Source: Myxococcota bacterium (GTDB lineage: Bacteria; Myxococcota_A; UBA796; CAJQPC01). Taken from it: a stretch of 35,179 nt of DNA. The notes under the pieces were generated by a model that was not told the origin of the DNA, did no database searches, and was given only the letters and a program-made list of their open reading frames with translations. The stretch covers positions 1-35,179 of the forward strand of contig DASCPX010000164.1 of NCBI GenBank assembly GCA_036012755.1, given 5' to 3'. Numbering within the stretch: the first letter of the stretch is position 1; each line of letters opens with the position of its first letter. Made by a program: the position numbers and the translations under genes. Below, piece by piece: positions 26,131-35,044 of this stretch.

Positions 26131-26272
26131 CTCGAAACCTGTATGAAAACGACTGACACTTTTTTCCTTTGATGCCGAGATCCGGACCTGCTTCAATGTG
26201 CGCGCACCGAAACCCGTCGGCCTAACCGGCCGGCAGGCTGTCTACCCGAAAAGTCCAGGTTTCGGAGCCACG

Positions 26273-27811
26273 ATGATGAAGCAGGCCCTCGTCGCGCTTT
26301 CCCTCTCCCCTCTCCTCCTCGTCGGATGCGACACCGAGGCGCCTGGAGATGCCCTCGTCCTCGAGGACACGGAGGCATACGTCGACCGCGAGATCCTCGT
26401 CGCTGTCGACGACACGGTGGTCTCATCGCAGCTCCAGCAGGACTACGACCTGCGGCCGATGGAGCGAAACGACCGGATCGGCGTGGCCCGCCTCGACATC
26501 AAGGGACACACCAACGTGAAGGAGGTCGTCACCCTTCTGGAGGACGACTACCGGGTGCAGTTCGCGGAGCCGAACTACCTCGTGCGCGCTCAGGCCCGCA
26601 GCAACGACCCCTACGCCAGCTACCAGTGGAACCTGGACCAGATCAACGCCTGGGAGGCCTGGGACCTTGCTGATGGCACCGGCACGGTCGTGGCGGTGCT
26701 GGACACCGGAGTCAAGAAAGGAGGTCCAGACGGTCTCAACCACGTCATCGACGGCTACGACTTCTACTACGGCGACAGCGACCCGACCGACCGCATCGGG
26801 CACGGGACCTTCGTCGCGGGCACCATCGCCCAGGCCACCGACAACGGCCGCGGCGTCGCGGGCGTCGCCCCGGGTGCCAGCATCCTCCCGGTCAAGGTGC
26901 TCGGAGACAACGGCTACGGCGACATGGCCGCCATCGCCAACGGCATCACCTGGGCGACAGACCAGGGAGCCGATGTCATCAACATGAGCCTCGGCGGTCC
27001 ATACGCGTCGGAGACCCAGCGCCGCGCCTGCGACTATGCCTACGACCGCGGCGTCGTGCTCGTGGCCGCGAGCGGGAACGAGTTCGCCAAGAGCGTCGGC
27101 TACCCGGCAGGCTTCGACACCGTCATCGCCGTCGGCGCGAGTCGCGTCGATGGCTCTCGGGCCAGCTACTCCAACACCGGCAGCGGCATGGAGCTCACCG
27201 CCCCGGGCGGGGACTATTCCAAGGACGACAACGGCGACGGCTACGCCGACGGCGTGCTCCAGGAGACCTTCGAGAATGGCGGCTGGACCTACACCTTCTA
27301 CGAGGGAACCAGCATGGCAGCGCCCCACGTGGCGGCCGCCGCGGCGATGCTGAAGAGCGCCGGGGTCGAGGACCCGGAACAGATCCGCAGCATCCTCGCC
27401 CAGAGCGCCGTCGACCGCGGCAGCGCCGGCTATGACACGAGCTACGGCTACGGCGTCCTGGACATCGAAGCCGCGCTGGAGATCGCGGCTGGCGCCGAGC
27501 CCCCTGCCGAGGAGCCCATCGAGGAGGAGCCGACGGAGCCAGAGCCCGAGATCGACATGACCCCACCGGTGATCAGCGGGGTGTCCGGCTACACCGACGG
27601 AACGAGCTTCACGCTGGAGTGGGTCACGAACGAGCCCGCCTCGAGCCACATCGACTTCGAGGACTACGGCGTCTACGGAAACGACGAGCTGACCACCGCC
27701 CACACCCTGAAGTTCACGGGGCAGCTCGGATCCACCTATGTCTTCCGCTTCCAGTCGACCGACGCCAGCGGCAACACCACGACGACCGACAAGTACCAGA
27801 TCGGCTTGTAG
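26273..27811 (+). CDS. S8 (subtilisin) serine protease lipoprotein with C-terminal FN3-like domain (512 aa)
   Basis: Lipobox LVGC. Catalytic triad VAVLDTG / GHGTFVAG / GTSMAAPHVA, oxyanion AASGN, Pro/Glu linker, then DMTPPVIS...WVTNEPA domain. Confidence 0.93.
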   Translation: MMKQALVALSLSPLLLVGCDTEAPGDALVLEDTEAYVDREILVAVDDTVVSSQLQQDYDLRPMERNDRIGVARLDIKGHTNVKEVVTLLEDDYRVQFAEPNYLVRAQARSNDPYASYQWNLDQINAWEAWDLADGTGTVVAVLDTGVKKGGPDGLNHVIDGYDFYYGDSDPTDRIGHGTFVAGTIAQATDNGRGVAGVAPGASILPVKVLGDNGYGDMAAIANGITWATDQGADVINMSLGGPYASETQRRACDYAYDRGVVLVAASGNEFAKSVGYPAGFDTVIAVGASRVDGSRASYSNTGSGMELTAPGGDYSKDDNGDGYADGVLQETFENGGWTYTFYEGTSMAAPHVAAAAAMLKSAGVEDPEQIRSILAQSAVDRGSAGYDTSYGYGVLDIEAALEIAAGAEPPAEEPIEEEPTEPEPEIDMTPPVISGVSGYTDGTSFTLEWVTNEPASSHIDFEDYGVYGNDELTTAHTLKFTGQLGSTYVFRFQSTDASGNTTTTDKYQIGL

Positions 27812-27855
27812 CCGAGCGGGTTAGTGGGGCGCCCCTCGAACCGGGAGTCCCCAAG

Positions 27856-29022
27856 ATGGCCAAGTTCAGCGGCGTCGACTTCTACCGCCTCGACGACCTC
27901 CTCACCGAGGAGGAGATCATGGTCCGCGACCTCGTCCGGTCCTGGGTCGAGGAGCGGATCCTGCCCATCATCGAGGGCCACTGCCGCGCCGGGACCTTCC
28001 CGCTGGAGCTGGTCTCCGAGTTCGGCGAGATGGGCCTGCTCGGAGCGAACCTCGAGGGCTATGGCTGCGCCGGCATGAGCAACGTCGCCTACGGCCTCAT
28101 CTGCCAGGAGCTGGAGCGCGGCGACTCGGGCGTGCGCTCCTTCGTCAGCGTGCAGGGCAGCCTGGTGATGTTCCCCATCTGGAAGTTCGGCACAGAGGCC
28201 CAGCGCGAGAAGTACCTGCCAGGCCTCGCAGCAGGCAAGCAGATCGGCTGCTTCGGGCTCACCGAGCCGGACTACGGCAGCAACCCCGGGGGCATGATCA
28301 CCCGGGCAGTGGACGACGGGGACTCCTACGTGCTCAACGGCGCCAAGATGTGGATCACGAACGGGACCATCGCGGACGTGGCCGTCGTATGGGCGAAGCT
28401 GGACGGCGTCATCCGGGGCTTCGTCGTGGAGAAGGGGGACCCCGGCTACTCGGCCCCGGAGATGCACGGCAAGCACAGCCTGAAGGCGAGCGTCACGAGC
28501 GAGCTGGTCTTCCAGGACTGCCGCATCCCGAAGGACCGCATCCTGCCCGCGGTGCGGGGCCTCAAGGGACCCTTCAGCTGCCTGAACAACGCGAGGTTCG
28601 GCATCGCCTGGGGCGCGATGGGTGCCGCGATGAGCTGCTTCCACTCGGCCACGGAGTACGCCAAGTCGCGCGTGCAGTTCGACAAGCCGATCGCCGGCTA
28701 CCAGCTGGTCCAGAACAAGCTCGCGTGGATGCTGCGAGAGATCACGAAGGGCCAGCTCCTCGCGCTTCAGTGCGGGCGCATGAAGGACAACGGGACCGTG
28801 GTGCCCGAACACATCTCGCTCGCGAAGATGAACAACGTGGACGTCGCCCTGCAGATCGCGCGCATGGCACGAGACATCCACGGCGCCAACGGGATCCTCG
28901 ACGAGTACCCGGTGATGCGCCACATGGCGAACCTCGAGTCGGTCTACACCTACGAGGGCACCCACGACATCCACAACCTCATCCTCGGTCGCTGGATCAC
29001 CGGTATCCCGGCCTTCACCTGA
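27856..29022 (+). CDS. gcdH: Acyl-CoA dehydrogenase, glutaryl-CoA dehydrogenase-like (388 aa)
   Basis: ELERGDSGVRSFVSVQGSLVM, GCFGLTEPDYGSNP, LKGPFSCLNNARFGIAWG and TYEGTHDIH motifs typical of the GCDH clade. Confidence 0.82.
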   Translation: MAKFSGVDFYRLDDLLTEEEIMVRDLVRSWVEERILPIIEGHCRAGTFPLELVSEFGEMGLLGANLEGYGCAGMSNVAYGLICQELERGDSGVRSFVSVQGSLVMFPIWKFGTEAQREKYLPGLAAGKQIGCFGLTEPDYGSNPGGMITRAVDDGDSYVLNGAKMWITNGTIADVAVVWAKLDGVIRGFVVEKGDPGYSAPEMHGKHSLKASVTSELVFQDCRIPKDRILPAVRGLKGPFSCLNNARFGIAWGAMGAAMSCFHSATEYAKSRVQFDKPIAGYQLVQNKLAWMLREITKGQLLALQCGRMKDNGTVVPEHISLAKMNNVDVALQIARMARDIHGANGILDEYPVMRHMANLESVYTYEGTHDIHNLILGRWITGIPAFT

Positions 29023-29023
29023 G

Positions 29024-29509
29024 TCAGCCGCCGGGGTGACACCCGGAGCAGCGCACGAGCAGGTCGCCGTAGGCTGATGCACGCTCTGCCTGCGTGCTCG
29101 CCAGGGCCAGCGCGGTCGCCTCGGTCGGGGCGACCTCCTTGAAGCCCGAGGCGTCGATCTCCCGCCCGCTGACGAGGTCCGCCCAGAGCCTGTCGTGCCC
29201 GTGCGGGCCGGCCGTAGCAGAGACCGGACCGACCTTGCCGGCGTGACAGTCCCCGCAGGCTTCGACGATGCCGGCGACCGCCCAGCCGCCTTCCTCCAGG
29301 TCCTCTGCGGCCACCGCCATGCCCAACGCGCCGTGGAGGTCCTCGACCGCCGTGTCCTTCATCCCGGGGTCCTCCAACTCGCGAGCCGCAGCGTGGAGTG
29401 CGTCGAGGTCTGCCCGGATCACGGCGTCCCGGGCGAGGATGGCCCCCATGTAGTGGCCGGGCGCCCTCTCCGGCGCGTCCCCACACCGACAGGCGAGCAA
29501 CAACCACAT
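29024..29509 (-). CDS. Small diheme c-type cytochrome lipoprotein (161 aa)
   Basis: MWLLLAC N-terminus. Two CxxCH motifs (CGDCH, CSGCH), each at the end of an Ala-rich helical segment as in cytochrome c'. Confidence 0.72.
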   Translation of the reverse strand: MWLLLACRCGDAPERAPGHYMGAILARDAVIRADLDALHAAARELEDPGMKDTAVEDLHGALGMAVAAEDLEEGGWAVAGIVEACGDCHAGKVGPVSATAGPHGHDRLWADLVSGREIDASGFKEVAPTEATALALASTQAERASAYGDLLVRCSGCHPGG

Positions 29510-29534
29510 GGCCGAGGATGATAGAGCACCGGCG

Positions 29535-31607
29535 GTGCATCGCCTGACCAACCGCCTCATCCGAGCCATCCTCAGGCGCCTCGACCCCGGTCGGGGCGAG
29601 GTCCGGGTCCTCGCCGACGCCGTCCACATGCGGGGCTTGCTGCGCCTGGCCTGGGTGTTCGTCATCACGGTCTTCGCGCCGGGCATGACGCTGGCGTGGA
29701 TCGGCTTCGGCTCGATTCGAGGCGAGGAGCTCCAGGTCTGGAAGGACGTCGAGGAGTCGGGCGATCGCGAGATCCGCGAGGTGCTCAGCCACGTCGACGC
29801 CACCTTCAAGGACTTCGAGGCCAGCGCCCGCGCTCGCCTGGAGTCGGGGCGCTCGCCGGTGGAGGACCCCAAGACGCTGTCCCCCTACGTGCGCGTGGCC
29901 TTCAGGCTGGACGAGGAGGGCAACCTGGAGGCGCCCTTCCAGATCGTCGACCGCCCGACACTCCAGGACCACTCGGTGTACTTCGGGGACTCGTGGCGAC
30001 GCGCCAACCACGTCGAAGACCCCGCCCTCGCCGTCGGCGCCTGGGATGAGCTCGCCCAGGAGGTCGCCGACCCGCAGGCCGTCGGGCAGGCCCTGTTCAA
30101 CAAGGCGAGCAGCCTCGGCCGAGCCGGTGACACGCGTGCCGCGGAGGAGCTCCTGGCGAACCTCTACGCGGACTACCACGACGTGCGGAATCTCCACGGC
30201 TTCCGCATCGGCGACCTGGCCCGGCTGCGTCGGGGCGAGCTGCTCCTGGACCGGGACCCGGAGATCGGTCGGGGGGCGCTGGAGACCCTGATCGACGAGC
30301 TGCTCGAGGAGGAGTGGACGATCGGACGCGGCAACGAGGCAGCGGTCGCGGCCCGGGGGCTGGAGCTCTTGGAGGAGACCTCGGAGAAGGACTGGCTCGC
30401 GTCGCGCCGCGGACGCCTCCAGGAGCAAGCTCGCCAGCTCTTCTGGGCGGAGCGGCTCTACGACGAGCTCATGTCGCTGAACCCCCGAGGCCGGGCGCTG
30501 CCGGTGGACCGCGGACAGATCGCCTGGCGGCTGGAGGATCAGGCCCTGTGGGCCACGATGTGGTGGGGCGAGGACGGTCAGGACCTCTACGCCTTCGCGC
30601 TGGATCCAGAGGCGGTCCTGGGCGACATCCGCGACCACGCCCGCCGAACGACACGGACCTCGGCCGAGGTCAACATGCTCTTGTTGAGCCCGGACGCCGA
30701 TGCACCGTCTGACGCGCTGGTGCGCCGCTCGCTGAAGCCCTGGCTACCAGGCTGGTCCCTGGTCGTGCACCCCCGAAGCGCCGCGGACCTCAACGACGCC
30801 CAGGAGCGAAAACGGCTCCAGCGACTCGCCATCCTGATCTTGTCGTTGATGATGATCGGGACCGGCGCTGTCCTCACAGGCCGCCTCGTCGTCCAGCAGC
30901 TGGAAGTGGCCCGGAGCAAGGCCGACTTCGCAGCCAACGTGAGCCACGAGCTTCGAAGTCCCATCACCCAGATCCGCATCAAGGGTGAGTCCCTGCAGTT
31001 CGGTCTCGTCGACAGCCAAGAGGACCTCCAGGATCACTACGACGCCATCGTGCGCGAGTCCGAACGGCTCTCACGCCTCGTCGACAACGTGCTCGACTTC
31101 GCCGCGATCGAGCGGGGGGCCAAGACATACACGATGCGGGCCGAGGATCTGGGGGAGACGGTCAGGCAGGCGGTGGAGTCCGCGCGCTTCTCCATGGAGA
31201 CCCGGGACATGAAGATGGACATCGACGTGCCCGACTCCCTGCCCGTGGTCATGCACGACCCGGAGGCCATCGCCCAGGTCGTCCACAACCTCATCTCCAA
31301 CGCCGCGAAATACGGGAAGAAGGGCGGTTGGATCGGTGTCCGAGGCTGGGTCGGCAGCGACGAGGCCCACGTCGCCGTGTCCGACAAGGGCATCGGGATC
31401 CGACAGGAGGAGATCCCCCTGTTGTTCGAGCACTTCTTCCGCTCGAGCGACCCCGACGCAAGGCGTCAGAAAGGAACAGGTATCGGCCTGACCATCGTGC
31501 GTTACATCATGGACGCCCACTCGGGCCGGGTCGAGGTCACCTCCGTCCCGGGGCAGGGCTCGACCTTCACGCTACACTTCCCACTTCGTCCCCAACCGCA
31601 CAGCTGA
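29535..31607 (+). CDS. Membrane sensor histidine kinase with a large helical (TPR-like) periplasmic domain
   Basis: Two hydrophobic TM segments. H-box FAANVSHELRSP, N-box NLISNAAKY, DKGIG and GTGIGL. Start is uncertain (ATG 29508, GTG 29535 or later). Confidence 0.92.
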   Translation: MHRLTNRLIRAILRRLDPGRGEVRVLADAVHMRGLLRLAWVFVITVFAPGMTLAWIGFGSIRGEELQVWKDVEESGDREIREVLSHVDATFKDFEASARARLESGRSPVEDPKTLSPYVRVAFRLDEEGNLEAPFQIVDRPTLQDHSVYFGDSWRRANHVEDPALAVGAWDELAQEVADPQAVGQALFNKASSLGRAGDTRAAEELLANLYADYHDVRNLHGFRIGDLARLRRGELLLDRDPEIGRGALETLIDELLEEEWTIGRGNEAAVAARGLELLEETSEKDWLASRRGRLQEQARQLFWAERLYDELMSLNPRGRALPVDRGQIAWRLEDQALWATMWWGEDGQDLYAFALDPEAVLGDIRDHARRTTRTSAEVNMLLLSPDADAPSDALVRRSLKPWLPGWSLVVHPRSAADLNDAQERKRLQRLAILILSLMMIGTGAVLTGRLVVQQLEVARSKADFAANVSHELRSPITQIRIKGESLQFGLVDSQEDLQDHYDAIVRESERLSRLVDNVLDFAAIERGAKTYTMRAEDLGETVRQAVESARFSMETRDMKMDIDVPDSLPVVMHDPEAIAQVVHNLISNAAKYGKKGGWIGVRGWVGSDEAHVAVSDKGIGIRQEEIPLLFEHFFRSSDPDARRQKGTGIGLTIVRYIMDAHSGRVEVTSVPGQGSTFTLHFPLRPQPHS

Positions 31608-31622
31608 CAGAGAGGAGCAGAA

Positions 31623-32324
31623 ATGGCGCGGATCCTGTTCGTCGAGGACGAGGAGGAAGTCCTCAAGACAGTGAAGGCCTTCTTCACGCGAGAGGGCTAC
31701 GATGTCTATGGGGCACGCTCCGGCAAGGCGGCACTCGAGCTCGCGGGCCGCTTCCCACCAGACGTGGCGGTACTGGACGTCATGCTGCAGGAGGGGCCGG
31801 AAGGCATCGACGGCATGGACGGCTTCGAGATCTGCCGTCAGCTGCGTGAGAGCAAGTTCCGAGGACCCGTCATCTTCCTGACTGCGCGCACCACCGAGCA
31901 GGACAAGCTGCTGGGCTTCGAGCTCGGCGCTGACGACTACGTCACCAAGCCCTTCTCGCTCCGGGAGCTGGCCGCCCGCGTGCGCGCCGCCCTCAAGCGA
32001 GCTGGCGGAGCCCGTTCCGTCTACAAGTTCGGCATCGTAGAGGTCGATCTGGACAACTACATCGTCCGCCGCTCCGGCATCGAGGAGCGCCTCTCCAACC
32101 GCGAGCAGGAGTTGCTGCGTTTTCTCATCGAGCACCGCGGGCAGGTCCTGCCACGTGAGCTGCTGCTGACCTCGATCTGGCAGTACAACCCGAACGTCAC
32201 GACGCGCACGGTCGACACCCACATCCTCAACGTCCGCAAGAAGCTCGGCGACGACGCACAGAGCCCCCGGTTCATCGAGACCATGCACGGGGTCGGCTAC
32301 CGGTTCATCGCCGAGGAAGGATGA
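31623..32324 (+). CDS. OmpR/PhoB-family response regulator (233 aa)
   Basis: RBS GAGGAG. ILFVEDE, LDVML, FLTA, GADDYVTKPF, winged-helix RTVDTHI..VRKKL and GVGYRF. Confidence 0.95.
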   Translation: MARILFVEDEEEVLKTVKAFFTREGYDVYGARSGKAALELAGRFPPDVAVLDVMLQEGPEGIDGMDGFEICRQLRESKFRGPVIFLTARTTEQDKLLGFELGADDYVTKPFSLRELAARVRAALKRAGGARSVYKFGIVEVDLDNYIVRRSGIEERLSNREQELLRFLIEHRGQVLPRELLLTSIWQYNPNVTTRTVDTHILNVRKKLGDDAQSPRFIETMHGVGYRFIAEEG

Positions 32325-33115
32325 TCCTGCTCCTGGCCGCGATGGCCAACGGGCAGGATGTGCGCGCCTGGCAGGGCCTCTACGAAGGCATGCTCATGGA
32401 ATCCGGAGAGGGCGATCTCGAAGGAGCCATCGCCTGGTACGAGGGCCTGGTCGCTGGTCTCCCCGACGATGACCCCTCCCTCGGAGAGCTGAACTTCTGG
32501 TTGGGGCGGGCGAGCTACGCCGAGGGGGACGCCGACGGCGCCCGCCAGGCGCTCCGAGTAGCCATGGCGGACCCGGTGGTAGAGGACCGCGCCCGAGCGC
32601 TCATTGCGCAGATCGACAGCCAGGAACTGCGCGTGCGGCGACTCCCCATGAGCTACGACTTCAGCACCGGGACCGGCCACTGGTTGCACTCGTGGAAGCA
32701 CGGAGAGAAGGGAGCCCTGGAGAGCAAGGCACCCCCGGGCTCGGAGGATCCGGCGCTGGCCTGGTCCACCACGGTCGCCGACCGCGAGACCGACGCGATC
32801 GGCCTGTGGTTCGACGAGGAGAGCCCTCGTCCCAAGGAGTTCGTCTTCGACCTGAAGAGCGGCGACTTCCCCGCGACGCTGAGGTTGATCCTCGAGGACG
32901 ACCTCGGCCAGCGCTGGGAATACCCCGAGATCCGAACCTCGACGGAGACCTGGATCGGCGTCGAGGCGCGACTGGGGGAGTTCGTTCCGCTCGACGCTGG
33001 CAGCGGCGCGGTCCCCAGGACCGTCCGCGCGCTGTCGTTGTGGGACGTCACGGCGTACACGCGCCCAGATCGCGGACCCAATGTCATCTACGTGGACAAC
33101 CTGCAGATCAGGTAG
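32321..33115 (+). CDS. Secreted protein with an N-terminal TPR-like helical part and a C-terminal carbohydrate-binding-like beta-sandwich (264 aa)
   Basis: ATGA overlap with the response regulator. Short signal MILLLAAMANG. GDLEGAIAWY...LGRASYAEGDADGARQAL (TPR-like). C-terminal W....L..F...IYVDNLQI resembles CBM11/CIA30-like folds. Confidence 0.62.
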   Translation: MILLLAAMANGQDVRAWQGLYEGMLMESGEGDLEGAIAWYEGLVAGLPDDDPSLGELNFWLGRASYAEGDADGARQALRVAMADPVVEDRARALIAQIDSQELRVRRLPMSYDFSTGTGHWLHSWKHGEKGALESKAPPGSEDPALAWSTTVADRETDAIGLWFDEESPRPKEFVFDLKSGDFPATLRLILEDDLGQRWEYPEIRTSTETWIGVEARLGEFVPLDAGSGAVPRTVRALSLWDVTAYTRPDRGPNVIYVDNLQIR

Positions 33116-33118
33116 CGA

Positions 33119-34276
33119 GTGAGCACAGTCGTCCAGAAGTACGGCGGCTCGTCGGTCGCCGACGTCGACAAGATCCGGGCGGTGGCGCGGAGGGTCGTCG
33201 CTACTCGGGACGCGGGTCACCGAGTCGTCTGCGTCGTGAGCGCGATGGGCAACACCACCAACGAGCTCCTGGCCCTGGCTCGAAGCGTCACCCCGAGCCC
33301 AGGACGGAGAGAGCTCGACATGCTCATCTCCGTCGGCGAGCGCGTGGCGATGACGCTGTTGTCGATGGCGATCGCGAACCTCGGGGCTCCGGCCCGCAGC
33401 TTCACGGGGAGCCAGTCCGGCATCATCACCGACGAGGCTCACAACAGCGCGCGCATCGTCGCCGTGCGGCCCCACAGGCTGCGCGCCGCGCTAGAGGCGG
33501 AGGAGATCGTCATCGTCGCCGGCTTCCAGGGGGTCTCCCGCGACAAGGAGGTCACCACCCTGGGACGTGGCGGGACGGATCTCACGGCGGTGGCCCTGGC
33601 AGCCGCGCTGGACGCCGAGTGGTGCGAGATCTGCTCCGACGTCGACGGTGTCTACAGCGCCGATCCGCGGACCGTCCCGACCGCCGAACGCCTGGAGAAG
33701 CTGAGCCTGGACGAGGCCCTCGCGCTGGCCCGTTCCGGAGCCCGTGTGCTCCAGGCCGACGCCGTCGCCCTCGCCCATCGGCTCGGCATCGAGATCCAGG
33801 CCGCGAGCACCGACGACCCGCCAGGAAGCGGCACGCGGATCGTCGTCGGAGAGCTCCCTCCTCGCTTCGCGGCGGTGACCACGGACCGCCAGCTGGTGCG
33901 CTTCTCCGGGGGCCAGCGAGAGGTCCTGGTCGCCTCGCTCGTCGCGGCCGGGGCAGAGATCCGGCGAGCGGACGCCCGAGGCGTGCTCGTAGATCGTCGA
34001 AACTGGCACGACCGGGCCGCTTTTGTCCTTCCAGAGGGCGGCCTGTGCGAGCCGGTGGTCGAGCTCAGCGCGGTGTCGACGGGCGCCTCTGTGGAGGGTC
34101 CAGCGCTGGTGAAGACCCTCGCAGCCCTTGCCGAGGCCGGCATCGACGTGCTCGATTGGGTCGCGGCCCCAGACGCCCTCCGCTTCACCGTCTCGGCGGA
34201 GACGGCAACAGAGGCCGAGAAGCTGGTACACCTCTTGCTCATGGAACGTCTTGCAGAGGGCGATTTCGGGACATAG
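33119..34276 (+). CDS. lysC: Aspartate kinase (385 aa)
   Basis: [36 protein letters not shown] and [11 protein letters not shown] motifs. Confidence 0.9.
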   Translation: MSTVVQKYGGSSVADVDKIRAVARRVVATRDAGHRVVCVVSAMGNTTNELLALARSVTPSPGRRELDMLISVGERVAMTLLSMAIANLGAPARSFTGSQSGIITDEAHNSARIVAVRPHRLRAALEAEEIVIVAGFQGVSRDKEVTTLGRGGTDLTAVALAAALDAEWCEICSDVDGVYSADPRTVPTAERLEKLSLDEALALARSGARVLQADAVALAHRLGIEIQAASTDDPPGSGTRIVVGELPPRFAAVTTDRQLVRFSGGQREVLVASLVAAGAEIRRADARGVLVDRRNWHDRAAFVLPEGGLCEPVVELSAVSTGASVEGPALVKTLAALAEAGIDVLDWVAAPDALRFTVSAETATEAEKLVHLLLMERLAEGDFGT

Positions 34277-34288
34277 TCTCGGACCGCG

Positions 34289-35044
34289 ATGCTGAAGCAC
34301 TTCTTGAGTCCGCCGAACTGGTTCACGTCGGCCAGCATCTTCTGTGGCTTCTACGCCATCATGCTGGCCGCCGGAAACGACGGGGACCCGACGACCTTCT
34401 ACCAGGCGGGGCTGCTCATAGGCTTCGCAGGCGTCTTCGACATGCTGGACGGGCGCGTCGCGCGCATGACGAACAGCCAGTCGGAGTTCGGCGTCCAGCT
34501 GGACAGCCTCGCGGACGTCGTGTCCTTTGGCATCGCCCCAGCCGTGCTCGTCTACAACTGGGGTCTCGACAGCCTCGGGATCGTCGGGCTCGCCGCCGCC
34601 TTCCTGTTCGTGATCTGCGGCATCTTCCGCCTGGCGCGCTTCAACGTGGGCACCACGAACCAGGAGGAGTTCGAGAGGAGTCGCGGCCTCACCATCACGA
34701 TGGCCGGGGGCACCCTCGCCGCGATGGTGATGTTCCACGCAGCCATGGGGCTCACCTTCGTGAAGCACCCGACCGGGCCGCTGACAGCCATCATCGTGAT
34801 GGCGCTCCTGATGGTCTCCAGCGTGCCCTTCCGAACGACGAAGGGCTTGCGCATGGGCCGCGCGACCAAGGCCACCGCGGCTGTTCTGTTCGCTTCGCTC
34901 ATCGTCTGCGGCGTCTTCTACGACATCAGCTTCATCGTGCTCCCAGTGATGGTGCTCTATGCGGCGAGCGGCCCGGTCGAGGCCCTGCTCGGTCGCCGAA
35001 CCCGCCGCCGCGCCGCTCGCGCACACAAGGACGACAGGGGCTAG
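34289..35044 (+). CDS. pssA: CDP-diacylglycerol--serine O-phosphatidyltransferase (251 aa)
   Basis: PNWFT N-terminus, CDP-alcohol phosphotransferase motif DMLDGRVAR...FGVQLDSLADVVSFG, RLARFN, and multiple TM helices. Confidence 0.88.
   Translation: MLKHFLSPPNWFTSASIFCGFYAIMLAAGNDGDPTTFYQAGLLIGFAGVFDMLDGRVARMTNSQSEFGVQLDSLADVVSFGIAPAVLVYNWGLDSLGIVGLAAAFLFVICGIFRLARFNVGTTNQEEFERSRGLTITMAGGTLAAMVMFHAAMGLTFVKHPTGPLTAIIVMALLMVSSVPFRTTKGLRMGRATKATAAVLFASLIVCGVFYDISFIVLPVMVLYAASGPVEALLGRRTRRRAARAHKDDRG

Noticed and set aside
302..35044. Defence system, prophage, tRNA or transposase genes
   Set aside because: No supporting motifs or cloverleaf structures were seen, and composition looks uniform apart from the rrn leader.
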